A stretch of 58,925 nt of DNA, filler included, from Sphacelaria rigidula (GCA_964200075.2; 7 parts of 7 records of this genome joined end to end with filler, not necessarily neighbours in it), one strand, 5' to 3'; counted from the first letter of the whole stretch, positions 1 through 11,858 are shown. Notes: a model not told the origin generated them from the sequence alone. Numbers and translations are program-made.

Positions 1-269
1 CCATCGGGGGTCCGCCCCTACAAAGCCGGGACGGAGCATGTCGGATTTTCGCCTGCTGGGGGGGCAAACGCACACATTTTGGCTTCAATGGTTCGCTCAA
101 TTGTGCATGTCGACAGTAGCAGAGGAAAAAGCTGCGATCGACTCACCTGTTATTTTTAAGTATGTGTGTGTCACATTTCTTCGAACCATTCTGCTCAAAG
201 CCGAACCCACTTGCCTCCCCCCCCACCGCCGGCGCGCGCCCTCTCCTTCATCGAACACCGTCGCCGCAG

Positions 270-539
270 GTGTGCGAATGCCTCGGACTAACCTGGGACG
301 AGACAATTCCGCAGCAGTTTGACAACGTGCCCCAAGCCCTGCTGACCTTTTTTGAGATCTCCACCACCGAGGCGTGGACAGAGGTCATGTACGCTGCTGT
401 GGATGCTACGGAGGAGGACATGCAGCCTATAAGGGACGAGAACATTGTGCGCGTGTGGTTTTTCATGCTGTTCATGCTGGTCGGGTCATATCTGGTCATG
501 AACCTCTTCGTCGGTGTCATAATCGACAACTTCAACAAG
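270..539 (+). CDS. Exon of four-domain voltage-gated Ca2+/Na+ channel alpha subunit (domain III pore loop and S6)
   Basis: CAG acceptor at 267-269, GT donor at 540; 90 codons VCECLG...FDNVPQALLTFFEISTTEAWTEVMYAAVDA...LVMNLFVGVIIDNFNK; FDN..., STxExW and NLFVGVIIDNFN are hallmark domain III motifs. Confidence 0.93.
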
Positions 540-810
540 GTGTGTGCGTGTTTCTGCGTGTTGACAGTTTTTCCAAACATATTTTGCATGCTCCATCAAC
601 TGTGTTTGCCATCTTATTTCATTTCCCAACGAATAAGATAAAGAAACGGCAACCACCATAGCGTTAGCGTGGCGTTGCAAGCTAACGCATAAGTTTTCAC
701 ATACTTCTTCGCAGTTGTTGGTGTAAGCCATCCATGGCATGGTTTATACAATAGTGTTTTGTTGACGTGTGAATCATGCTTGAAACTCCGGGAAGACTTG
801 AATGATCGTG

Positions 811-1179
811 CAACCTCCATATGTGATATCGTATGTATGTCATCTGGGATATCCATCCGGGATGTCCACCTGGGGTGTTTACCTAGGTTGTCTATCTTGG
901 ATCTCGGATCCATGTGGAAGATTCATCTGAACCTGGAATATCAATATCCACCTAGAACATCTACCTCTACCCTTACTTCTAACCCTAACCCTATCTCCGA
1001 CCGCCGACCCTAGGCTGGAATATGCCAGATGGATGTCCTACGTAAAGCTGACATCCAAGATAGATATTCAACGTGGACGTCGGCATCGTAGATGGGAAGT
1101 CTCAGATGAATGTCTATATTCCGGATAGATATCCCACATGGATGTCCCAGATAGATCACCATATCTCTCATGGATGTTG
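811..1179. mobile_element. MITE-like inverted-repeat element with GGATATCC/GGATGTCC subrepeats and an internal telomere-like tract
   Basis: Left end CAACCTCCATATGTGATATCG matches reverse complement of right end (CAACATCCATGAGAGATATGG); CTAACCCTAACCCTA at ~979-993. Confidence 0.55.
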
Positions 1180-1452
1180 TAGTACACAGCTGTTGCAGCA
1201 ATGTAAGACCGCTGTGATATTCAAGTAGTCGATGCTTTTGATCCAATTCCAGGAATTAGATGTTCGTATTTCATCGTGCATCCGGCATGTATCCATACTG
1301 TAGCAATTTGGTCGCGATTACCCCATTTTTTCGCGGTTTGGTATTCATCGGAGTACACGAGCCCAGAACGCGGTACCCGCCAAACAGGAGAGCGTGAGAT
1401 GTACGTGTGTTGACCAGTCATCTCTCGATCGCTTGATTTGATGGATTGATCG

Positions 1453-1560
1453 TCGCACTTCAACTGACCCCCCAGGGGTCCAGCCGTGGTCTCATAATAG
1501 ACTTACCCAGGCAAAACAAAATTGAAACACTCGCTAAAAAAAAGAACGAACAAGATCGCT
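1453..1560. repeat. Dispersed repeat family 2 fragment (CACTTCAACTGACCCCCC...CCAGCCGTGGT core)
   Basis: Similar to 12808-12900, 44188-44240 and 48783-48870. Confidence 0.6.
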
Positions 1561-2206
1561 GCGCAGACAAAACGAGCAGCGTAAGAGCTATGTTCGCGTT
1601 CTGCGGTTCTTTTTCCCGGTGTTTCGCAGGGTGTTTAAAATTACGAACGCCCACCATTAGACCGAGTGATTTTTTGTTATACAAGCCCCGTGTGAGCGGC
1701 AAAAGGTTTCGGACCAAACCGTGTTGAGGTGCTGAAGCTATTTTTCTCAAATGAAAAGTAAGTGTCACCGGCTTGGATGATGACTGATATTGATGATGAT
1801 AGAATATATGACACGGGGAGTTAGTTTTAGAAGCATTGAGCGCCTCGGAAAACATAAATGAACGTTGTTGCCGCCTGCACATTCATCCATATTGACGGGG
1901 AAACCCGGATCATTCGGTCGTCTTTTTACTACTTTTGTGTCAAGATAACCGGATCATATGGTCGCATTTTTACAATTTTCTATTGAAGCCAACCTGCAAG
2001 CAAAGTGTCTTCAGCGGCAGATATTCCTTATTTTCTATGCGCAGGCACTTATCGCCGGTGGTCGGTGTACAGAGTCCATACATGGACACACATATGAACA
2101 CACACACTGCGCCGTGATCTTTACGCTGTACTACAGCAGTTCCAACACGAAGAAAAACCTTATTTTTCTCCTCGTGCGTTATTTATTCATCCCTCGTCTA
2201 TCGTAG

Positions 2207-2454
2207 ATGAAATCTAAGGCTGAAGGCGATGGGGTGCTTGTTACAGAAGAACAGCAAGCTTGGATCAAGACCCAGCACATGACGCAACGTCTTAAGCCGT
2301 TGAAGCGTGTGACGCTGCCGGGGAATGCAGTGGGGGACGCCTGTTTCCGCCTGGCGAACCACCCGTGGTTTGATCCTTCGGTGATGGTCTGCATTGTGCT
2401 GAACACGCTGGTCATGGCCATGCAGTATTTCGGACAAGGCTACGTTTACACCAT
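2207..2454 (+). CDS. Next exon of the voltage-gated channel (III-IV linker and domain IV S1)
   Basis: TAG acceptor 2204-2206, GTAAGT donor at 2455; phase 0 matches previous exon; MKSKAEGDGVLVTEEQQAWIK...NHPWFDPSVMVCIVLNTLVMAMQY. Confidence 0.92.
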
Positions 2455-2892
2455 GTAAGTCTCGGGTGTTTACGTCCACCACGTAAATAAAGTGTCCATT
2501 TATTCACATCATTATGAAGAAGATAATATTATACTTCGTATAAAATTTAGATCAGCCACCGTCTGAGATCGCAAAAAACAGAACGACTCGAGGAACTTAG
2601 AAGCATCGTCGTTATATATCCGGCGACCACAGAGAATCCGACTCTTCCCCAGTACGTGCGTAATATATTGCTGATGCTTCCCTGCCTCCAGGTCCTGGCC
2701 CTTCCATGCGTCGTAGACGTTGCCTTTCAGGCTATTATGGCTTCGATAAATCCGTCCTACCTAGGTGTTCAATTATAACATGCCCATCTCTTCTCACACC
2801 ACACACCATGTACGTACGTGCGTGTGTATGCATTATATATTCTTCTTCGGGGGTCGACATACCTATATTAGTTTCGTGGGATATAGCTCTGC

Positions 2893-2895
<3 letters not shown>

Positions 2896-2959
<64 letters not shown>
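2896..2959. repeat. (CT)n microsatellite
   Basis: Perfect TC dinucleotide run of about 64 bp. Confidence 0.98.
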
Positions 2960-2963
<4 letters not shown>

Positions 2964-4339
2964 CCTATCTTGTACGGGTAAAATAGAGAGTTTCGGAAAC
3001 GCCTTTGTTTTTGTCGGCATTTTTTATCTCGAGAATTTGACACTTCTTCCGGGACCTCGCAATTCTTCTTTCAGCGCTTTGAGTTCCGCGTGCGCTATTC
3101 AAAGAAGAGTCTTGATAGATGCCAACTTCATGAGCTGAACACGCCGACGACAATTATACTATCAAAAAAATGTCCGAAACTCTCTAATAACAGCTACTTG
3201 GTATACATCACTTATCTGGATTGCTGTCAGACCGACATTTCATTCTCTCAAGCTCTGAGAGGTCTGCATTTTGTTTTTAGTCGAATTTAGAGTGCGTTCT
3301 TTCTGCGATCTATTTCATTCAGCGCTAGAGAGGCATTTCGTTTGGCCTTAGAGCGCGTTATGTTTTCATGGATTCAGAGTGCATTTGCTTCCCACGCTGT
3401 GGTCTGTATGGTGTTGCAGTGCGTCCCGTTCGATGCCTCGTGCGCGTGTACTCTGTTCATTCGTCTAGACGTAGCTAGCGGCTACCTTTTTCAGCTCTTG
3501 ACCGCGGCATTTTTGGAACTTTTCTTCTTGGCTACTTTTCTCCAGCTGATTCGAATGCTGTGACAAACAGCGACCGTTGTGACCCTTAGAGTGCCACATT
3601 TGTAGAATCTTTTTCGGTTACGGCTTGAAGCTATTCCAATTGCTGTTACACGCAGTGAACATTTTGACCCCCTTGACCGCCGCATTTGTGGAATCTCTAT
3701 CATTGCGAGTCTTTCCGGCCATACATAGCTCTGAAAACAGGTCACGAATTATTCCGTGTTCAACCGGGTTATGGCGGTTTCCCGGGAATGTTTGCACGCG
3801 ATGGTATGGTTTGCGTTTGACCGTATTGCAGTGCTTTTTGTTTGGCCTTTGAATGGTGCTCGGTGGTGTTCGCCGAATTTTCACGTCTGCGTCGCTGTGT
3901 CGCCGCCTGACTTGGTGCTTCCGTTTGTTCGTTGGCGGAGGAATGCGACAGGGTTCATGGTAGGGATGCTTTCGTGTGTGTTGGTGGATGATTTGGCAAT
4001 TAGGTCATTGGATAGAGGAGTGCGTCCGATATGGAATCGACGGTAGCGTTGCGATGGTAGTCGATGAGTCCACGGAAATGATGATGGTGATGGTGATGAT
4101 AGTGTGAGTCCCATGTGTCCTGGAGGCATGGTTGTTGTGGGTGGAAGGCGTGCTATCAAACATCGATATTGATATATTTCTTCTCGCCGTGTGCCTGCCC
4201 AGACGTGTGCCAGAGTAAGAGAGCTGCATCTACCAGATCACGCAACGCACGTAACTAATGCTGATTCTCATGTAGTTTGAAATAGATCCATTGAGCGTGG
4301 CGGCGCAAGCCGCCGGAACCCTTGAGATATATATGTCTG

Positions 4340-4545
4340 TGCGTGTTGTCGTCCCATTTATCCTGGACGCCGGTCTACACCTTTCGGTATATGTGGGCGC
4401 ACCAGCCGGGGTCACACAGGAGGAAGGCCAGCACAGGAGTTTTTTTTTTCTTTTAGTGCTCCACCTTCCTTCTGCGGCGCTTGTTTTTTTTTTGTCACGA
4501 GAGGGGTTCAGCATTTCCTTTCCCTCGTCGACCGTGAAGTCGACG
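4340..4545 (-). mobile_element. tRNA-derived SINE family 1, 5'-truncated copy
   Basis: Near-colinear with 53975-54190 (CACCTTTCGGTATA...GGGCGCACCAGCCGGGGTCACACAGGAGG) and reverse complement of the body of 33935-34268. Confidence 0.8.
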
Positions 4546-4642
4546 TGTTTTCATGTATATATATATATATATATGCATATATGTGTATTATAGAGCACTG
4601 AACCAGCATTCCCACAGTTGGTCGATTTTTATCTAAACTTTC

Positions 4643-6138
4643 CACACGTAGGTAGCTCGCATGAGCTAGCTCATCTGCGGGCGGTAGCTCACTTGTAGCC
4701 AAACATGTACATATGAGCTACGTCCGATAGCTCAACACAAGGTAAACGTGCGCTGATGAGCTACGAGTTGGTAGCTCACACAGGACAAACATGCGTAGCT
4801 CATGCAGCTCTCATAGCTCACCCAGGGCGAATATGAGCTGATGAGCTACGGGTTGGTAGCTCACCCAGGGGAAACACGCGCAGCTCATACAGATCCCATA
4901 GCTCACCCAGGGCGAATCTGAGCTGATGAGCTACGGGTTGGTAGCTCACCTATCGCAAACGTGCGTACAGTAGCTCATACAGATCCCATAGCTCACCCAG
5001 GGCGAATACGAGCTGATGAGCTACGGGTTGGCAGCTCACCCAGGGCAAACGTGTGTAGCTCACGCAGCTCTTGTAGCTCACCCGGGGAAAACATGAGGGG
5101 ATGAGCTACGCCCGGTAGCTCACCCCAGGACACATGGTCGTGGCTCACTCACGTCATATGCCTAGCTCGCCGCTGGCCAACCCCGTGTCGCTCATGATCT
5201 AACATTCTTGTTCGAATGGCTAGCGCCACATATCATTAGGTTGTGATGTTTTGCCTCACTCTTCGCAATAGGAAGAAAGAAGCCAACACACATATCCTCG
5301 TTTGCTTGGTCGGATGATTAAAAAAAGTGTTACTACTCAGTATCTACAATAATCGACCGATTTTGTTTTTGATCGGTTGGCCGCGAGGGTACATGTACAC
5401 GGTTGGCCGCGAGGGTACGTGTCCATCTGGCCATGCATACGTTTTTCAAGTAAAATTGGAGCCGATTCAACAGACGACTTATTATGCTCGCCGTTCAGGG
5501 GTTAGCCCTTTGAGGGCGAGGGTTGGCGATCTGATAAATCAGCATAGTCCACCTGCTTTTTCGGGTGAATGATGCCGATTCAGAGACCTCCTACCCTCGC
5601 GGTCCAAGGGATAAGCAATCGTAGCTCTCATAGCTCTCAAAGCTCATCCGGGGCAATTGTTCGCAGCTCACCTAGCTCTCATAGCTCATCCAGGGCAAAC
5701 ACATGTAGCTCATGCATCTCTCATAGCTCATCCGGGGCAAACATGCGTAGCTCACGTAGCTTTGATAGCTCATCCAGGGCTAATATGAGCTGATGAGCTA
5801 CGGGTTGGTAGCTCATCCAGGGGAAACATGCGTAGTTCATGTAGCTCTCATAGCTCACCCAGGACGAATCTGAGCTAATGAGCTACGGGTTGGTAGCTCA
5901 CCTATCGCAAACGTGCGTATCTCATACAGCTCCCATAGCTCACCCAGGACGAGTATGAGCTGATGAGCTACGGGTTGGTAGCTCACGTACGGTAAACATG
6001 CGTAGCTCATACAGCTCCCATAGCTCACCCCGGGGAAAACATGCGTAGCTCATGTAGCTCTCATAGCTGACTAGGGAGCCACGCTCAACAAGAGCTAGCT
6101 CGAGCTAATATATAGGAAGCTGATCTGTCCGACGTGTG
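4643..6138. mobile_element. Non-autonomous TIR DNA transposon (CACACG...CGTGTG termini, 8-bp TSD AAACTTTC) filled with an AGCT-rich satellite
   Basis: AAACTTTC at 4635-4642 and 6139-6146; tandem units TAGCTCACCCAGGGCGAATATGAGCTGATGAGCTACGGGTTGG at ~4650-5160 and ~5620-6110; same termini as 42679-43298. Confidence 0.8.
5506..5610 (-). mobile_element. ~100-bp piggyBac-like MITE nested in the AGCT element
   Basis: CCCTT...AAGGG termini with degenerate TTAA flanks (TTAG/ATAA); reverse complement aligns with 56134-56230 (CCCTTGGAC.GCGAG.GTAG...TGAATCGGCATCA). Confidence 0.65.
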
Positions 6139-7069
6139 AAACTTTCACGCCTGGCATTCATGCCATTTGTATAAGAAGTAAGTATGATTCGTGCATGTTT
6201 TGGGCGCATGATTCGCGCGGCATGACTTCGAATGTACACACACACACACTTTCTCGTGTACGACTCATACGACACGGCTGTTTCCGCAGATTTCTTCTAC
6301 CCATGATGAATACGGCGTGATTCGGACGTACTTCGTATATTCTTTTCCACGTGTGGTTCATGCGGCATGAATCAAGCATGGTTCCCACCTGTGATGCGTA
6401 TCGTTTGAATCATACGTTCATACGCCTCCACCTGTCGTTCATACGTCTCCACCTGTCGTTCATACGACATGAATGAAGCGTACGAATTTCCTACCCGTGA
6501 TACGTACGGGATGAATCAAACGAGCTTACCTCCCGCCAGTGATCCATGCAGCATGTACTAGACCCACATATTTTGCATTCGTTATCCGTGTGGAATATGA
6601 CACTTTTCCTCCAGTCATGAATGCAGCTTTTTGGTGGGGAAATGGGCAAGAGGCGGGGGGGAGGGGGGCAGCAGTTGAACCACTGCACTGATTGCTAATT
6701 GATCCGGCGAAAGTGGTTCAGTAGCTCCATTCGCGATGAAGGTGCAAATAGGCAGGGGCGAGGAGGTGAAAGTTCAAGTTACTGCATGACCTCTCAATCA
6801 CTGCTGTTTGACGAGCTTTCAATATTTGATTATATGAAAAAAAACAATTAATTGCCACGTGTGTGCTACGAATGAAGGGTTGATTGTCCGCTGTGGTTGG
6901 TTTTAGCTGTGTGTTGTATCGCATAGTAAGTTGTGCCAAAAGAATTTCGCAGGGGTGGGTGGGGTGTCAGTTTTCAAGCCGTTTCAAATCGTTGGTCGTC
7001 CTACCCGTGGAACCTACCGTTAACTCACATTCTCACGCCTTCCGCGATGAAAACAGTAACAGATACCAT

Positions 7070-7480
7070 AACTGTCGTCATTTGACTCCAGTGCTACCAC
7101 TCCGCCCCAAGCTGGCAGACGATGTACCACTTTGATCCACGGGACGGGGCAGCCTATACGCACCACATGCATGTGTATATCTTTCTTGGTTTATACCATA
7201 TACTGTTATGTTCACCATGTCAATGATTCGTAGCCCCGCATGTCCTACGACAATGCATGACTGCTGTCGCAACATGTAGCTCAGTAAATGCTTTCGCATA
7301 CCGTGAAACGGATTGATTTTTCCATCACAAGCGCTCGTTTGCGGTATGATATGCAGTGAGTGTTTTGGGTGCACCATGCCAGCATCTCGTAACCCCTTGT
7401 ACGTGCTTCATGACCCTCGTGAACGTGGTATGTGCACCATCTACGAGTTTTCTGTACACGATTTGTTTACGCAACATATT
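7070..7480 (+). pseudogene. Degenerate KDZ (Kyakuja-Dileera-Zisupton)-like transposase fragment
   Basis: Across stops and frameshifts: PVLPLRPK, IFLGLYH, YDNA* (7246-7260), then in-frame ID-F followed by a shifted FHHK at ~7312-7330, the order and spacing of the YDNAC...DxFH core. Confidence 0.45.
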
Positions 7481-8333
7481 ATGAGTGGGTGTTAAGTAGC
7501 GCGCCACAAGTATTCATTTCCGCCATGTAAGCTCTTCTATACGTCAGTTTTTTTCTCGTATGACCCGATATCCTCTGAGCCGTGTGTCAACTGGGGTTAC
7601 GTAGCAGCATCAGCACTCTACTGTAGAATGAAAAAACTAACAGCCTCATGGGCGCACCTCTACATTCAGTATCTGCCCAATTATGAGTGGCCAGAGTAAT
7701 TTGACACCCACGGGTTTACGGCATGCATATTGCTCTTCACCTTCTTCATGATGCACCAGCTACAAAACTTGAACGGCCGACCTCTGAACTGGCATAACTA
7801 TCGCGAGAACTTGTAGGCCCTCGTAATGACTGGGTTGTAGGAGCTGCACCCCTTGCATTTCTATCATGTACAAGATACAAGTATCTACGAACAACATGTT
7901 CAGGGTTGACCCACACCACCATTTCAAGTACGTATGCGCACTACAATGTATTACATGGTTACCACTTCCATATTGTGACGACATGTTCATCAGATGCGTC
8001 TGCTTTGGTGACCGGGTGTCGTCTAGTATCATATTTTTCTTGGTGAAAACAATGATAGAACATTTTCTCCCGCATGTTTTCAGTCAGGAAAGACTAAGCC
8101 GCTGCCACTGGCACCCCGGGTGAAGTCGTAAACTCCTTCTACAATAGCACAAATTTACAGTTAAAAACATACGGGTTCCTATATCACAGTATCATTATCC
8201 ACCGCAATACTCTGTGCCGGCGGGGGCGGAGAACCCCCCCTTCCCCCCCTTATAGCAGGATGCAGCTCACCCTTCATACGACTCGCCGAGCACATCATGG
8301 CGCTTCGCGCTTGGGGGTTGGTTGCGAGCCTGG

Positions 8334-8433
8334 NNNNNNNNNNNNNNNNNNNNNNNNNNNNNNNNNNNNNNNNNNNNTTAATTAATTAANNNNNNNNNNN
8401 NNNNNNNNNNNNNNNNNNNNNNNNNNNNNNNNN
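8334..8433. other. Artificial contig spacer N44-TTAATTAATTAA-N44
   Basis: Identical 100-bp linker repeated every 8432 bp. Confidence 0.99.
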
Positions 8434-8544
8434 TAACAAACACAAAAACTGTTATCTTGCCGGTCAAAAAACCTAACGGGGAATCGCCCCCCCCTCCATT
8501 TACCAAATCCCCCCCCCCCCCCCTCCCCCCCATCCTCTTCCCGT

Positions 8545-8596
8545 GATCAATGGTCAAACGACTAAGGCAAGCAACATATGAGTACGCCCCCCCCCC
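8545..8596 (+). repeat. Conserved ~50-bp motif GATCAATGGTCAAACGACTAAGGCAAGCAACAAATGAGTACG followed by a C-run
   Basis: Also at 17411-17463 (+), 25544-25598 (-), 32675-32728 (+), partial at ~58031 and ~58115. Confidence 0.85.
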
Positions 8597-8644
8597 TTCC
8601 TCTCCCCGCCTTCCCCCCGCCCCGAAAATCCAAAAACAATGAAG

Positions 8645-9032
8645 ATGCTACTGCGGAAGCGCAAACGACGACTACGCTTCATACGGAGTCATGCCTGCTT
8701 CCGCATGTAACATGAAATGCGTCGGTTTCCCGTCGGACACCTGCGGCGGCGACCACACCATCAACGTCTACGCGATAACGGGAGGAGCAGAATGGGGGGC
8801 AATAGCGCCCGTTCCCACGCCCACCCCTGGCCCCCCAGCCGCTACTCCCGAGCCGGTCGCTGTTGTGCCAACGGTTGCTACCCCTTGGCCCGGCGTTGCT
8901 GCGGGAAGTGAGACCCCAGCGCTCGTGCTGAAGTTGCCGAGCGCGGAGAACTACATGGGGTGTTATGTGGACATAAAGCATGCGCCGGTACTGACCATGG
9001 CGTACATGAAAAGCGATACTATGACAGAGGGG
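8645..9032 (+). CDS. WSC-domain protein, exon A (end of one WSC, Pro/Thr linker, start of next WSC)
   Basis: AG acceptor 8643-8644, GTGAGT donor at 9033; CYCGSANDDYASYG...CNMKCVGFPSDTCGG...INVY, PT-rich linker, YMGCYVD...MT. Confidence 0.9.
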
Positions 9033-10431
9033 GTGAGTTTGGAGGAGGGAAATGGAGTTTCAACGTTTCTGTTCACACTCGTCCTCTCGTACGAACTGCA
9101 AGCTATACCGTAACTTCACCGATCTTTCCCTCGTGAGACTGTGATTTGGATAATGACCCGGATTTTGTTTCACTCTCTGCTCTCGTATACTATACCTGCC
9201 TGTTATCCTTCATTGACTGGCAGAGGTTTCAGTCTTCATCGTGTGTGTGTTGGTTTTCGAGCGAGGTGTGTGTACAGTATGATCTATTGTCATCATCCAA
9301 TGTCCGTGAGTTGTGCGCGTGTGCTCGTGTGTCTATTTCTGCCTTCATACATGTTTTGTTTTGGTTCTTAAATAAGGGTGCATACTTCCTCTGTGCCACA
9401 AGTAAAGTCCGTTATGATTACACGGGCCTTTAACGGTGCGGTATTTGATTTTCGATCTTTTCATTGCATTCGCAGGCGTTTTTTTTAACTAAAACCAACA
9501 ATTTTTCTACAACGTGGGTGCTTGACCCATGCATCCGCGCGGCCGAGAAAAAGGAGGTCGGTCCAAAACGGTCATTTTTCGCTCGTTTTCCCAGAAAGCA
9601 TGAGAGACCCGGGAACACGAAAAATCACGAAAAATGGGCCACAAAATGTGAAAATCGCAAAACCACCATTGATTTTGGACATGTCCGTGATTTTAACCTA
9701 CGCACGCCCTATCCAACGTTTTGTTAGCATGTAACTGCTAGTACTCGACGTGAAAACGTCCAAAATTGGCCAATGATGGGGGTATACGTGAATCAAAAAG
9801 GGTCAAAATGGGGTATATAATTTTGGTGATGAAAACAAGTATTTTTTTTCGTTTTTGTTCCTTCACCAGCTTCGTTTGCGCTTCACCTCTCTAACGAATC
9901 CGACCATAGGATGATCGTCAACGTTGGAATACGCAAACGATTAAACGCCCATAACGGACTTTATTTATGGCACAGAGGAAGTATACAGAGGGACGGGAAA
10001 AATCATTCCGCACACAGACGACAGGGTGCACTCACTGACCACCAGAGTCACAGAAGCACGTCTTGGGAACGACTTTTTGTTGTCTTCTGAAAACCCCCTT
10101 TTTTTTCTTCATCTGTGAACCGAGCCGTTGGTTGCTTTTTGCACCTTGAAATACAAAAATAGGAGAGAGCCTCGGCGTTCCTTGACTCTTGACTTGCAAA
10201 ACACGACTTCCCTTACTTAGCATACTCTTCGTATCTTGTATCTTTTATGCTGTTGTCAGACAACTACCAACTAGCACACAGATGCTCCTTCAAAAGACCT
10301 CACCGACGTATGATTAGATTCGGTACCCCCCCCCCCCCATTCATTCTGTATGACTGTGGTCTCTTATTCCCCTGGTGTGCCTGCACTACTACCGCTGCAC
10401 CCACACCACTGCTGCTTCCGTCTTGTTCCAG

Positions 10432-10591
10432 GAATGCGGAACGTTCTGCGGATCGGAGGGGGCAACTGTGTACGGTCTCGAGAACGGGGCGGAGTGCTAT
10501 TGTGGGGACGACACGTCCGACTTTCAAGCGTACGGGGCCGCCAGTACGGGTTGTGACCTTCCGTGCGCCGGGGATCCTACTTTCTCTTGCG
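10432..10591 (+). CDS. WSC-domain protein, exon B
   Basis: CAG acceptor, GTGAGT donor at 10592; ECGTFCGSEGATVYGLENGAECYCG...CDLPCAGDPTFSCG; phase 0 in, phase 1 out. Confidence 0.93.
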
Positions 10592-10599
10592 GTGAGTTT

Positions 10600-11010
10600 A
10601 TTCTTTGTTTCTCCCTCTTTTTTTTAATTGATTCTTTATTTTGATTTTTCCTGTTCTTGTGCTTGCTCGTTGTTTCTCCGTCTTGTCCTCCTCTTTTTCT
10701 CTTATACTCCCTTTTTCTTTTTCTTTCTTTCATATATTCTTTTCTCCCTCGTTGTTGCTTCTCTTCCTTTTTTTCTTTCTTCTTTCCGTTTATCTTTTTC
10801 TTCATCTTTCTTCTTCTTGCTTCCTCTTTTTTTCCGCCTTTTCCTTTTCACTTTCCATTCACCTCTGTTCTCCCNNNNNNNNTTTTTTTTTTTTTTTTTT
10901 TTTCCTTTTTTTTTTTTTTTTTTCCTTTTTTTTTTCCCCTTTTCCTTTTTTCTTTTTTCCCCCCCCCCCCCCCCCGTTTTTTTCTTCTGCTGCCTTTTTC
11001 CCTTCTTTCC
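10600..11010. repeat. Intronic polypyrimidine low-complexity tract with an 8-N gap
   Basis: Almost exclusively C/T; N at 10875-10882. Confidence 0.9.
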
Positions 11011-11858
11011 TCGACATATAAGCAGTTGTCTATTCTTCGATAGCACCCATTGCGTGGCGGTCCTCATGGCCTGATACAACCGCGTGATATCCCTTGTGTC
11101 AGAAAGCCGAGGTGGTGGTGTGCATGTAGGCCTTTCGCTAATCCCGAGAGAAAAAATCCCGTCCAGGGTTGCTACGGCGAGTCTTTGACCCACTTGACGC
11201 GCGCACTCCGAATGAGGAAACGGTGATGATTGGAAGTTGAGGGTAGTTGGTGACAACAAAAATCGGTCTTCCGATTCTTCCCGCGCAAAATTTTGACCTT
11301 GCCTTCTGGTTGTCTTCAACCCTTACCGGATTGATCGATGAATCTCTCTCTTGGTGCGAGCTCATCATTCGCACGTATGTGCAGGGAATACTGTACTGAT
11401 ATACTGCGTTGCTGAGTCATGCGTGCTTTTTCGTCGTGGGTGTCTTTTTTTTTCTTCTGTTTTTGCTTCTGAAACATTGTGATTTCCCCGTAGGGGTTGA
11501 TCGCTCGGAAATTCTTTCATGTTTTGAACAAATGTGTGCGTCTGTACTTTTGCAGGTACTTTTTTTGCGCTGTGTTTATCTAAGATCCTAACCATCTTCA
11601 ACGCGACGGTGATGATGATGATCCGGCGTGAATGATACACCTTCACCACTCTTGTTATGATATGCGACGTAAAATATTAATTCACTCGTTTTGGACTACA
11701 GAGTTTTTGCGGTTTCAGTCACATGCTTTCCTTGTTTCCTTTCAAGCCCGCCACGCACATTTCAATAGATAATAACTGGTATGTATCATCAATCCGCTCA
11801 TTTTTTTGCTTGTTCAACAACAAAAATTCTTGTTTGATTTGAACTCGTCATTTTTCAG

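Noticed and set aside
4650-6110. AGCT-rich repeats as a CRISPR array
   Set aside because: No unique spacers, eukaryotic context, and bounded by TIRs with a TSD
2455-8333. Remaining domain IV exons of the channel
   Set aside because: No S4 or pore-loop motif found; they probably lie on another contig
8378-8389. TTAATTAATTAA palindrome recurring every 8432 bp as a biological periodic signal
   Set aside because: Always centred in identical N blocks; it is an assembly linker
10628-11319. Long Phe-rich and Lys-rich ORFs
   Set aside because: Translations of an intronic polypyrimidine tract containing Ns
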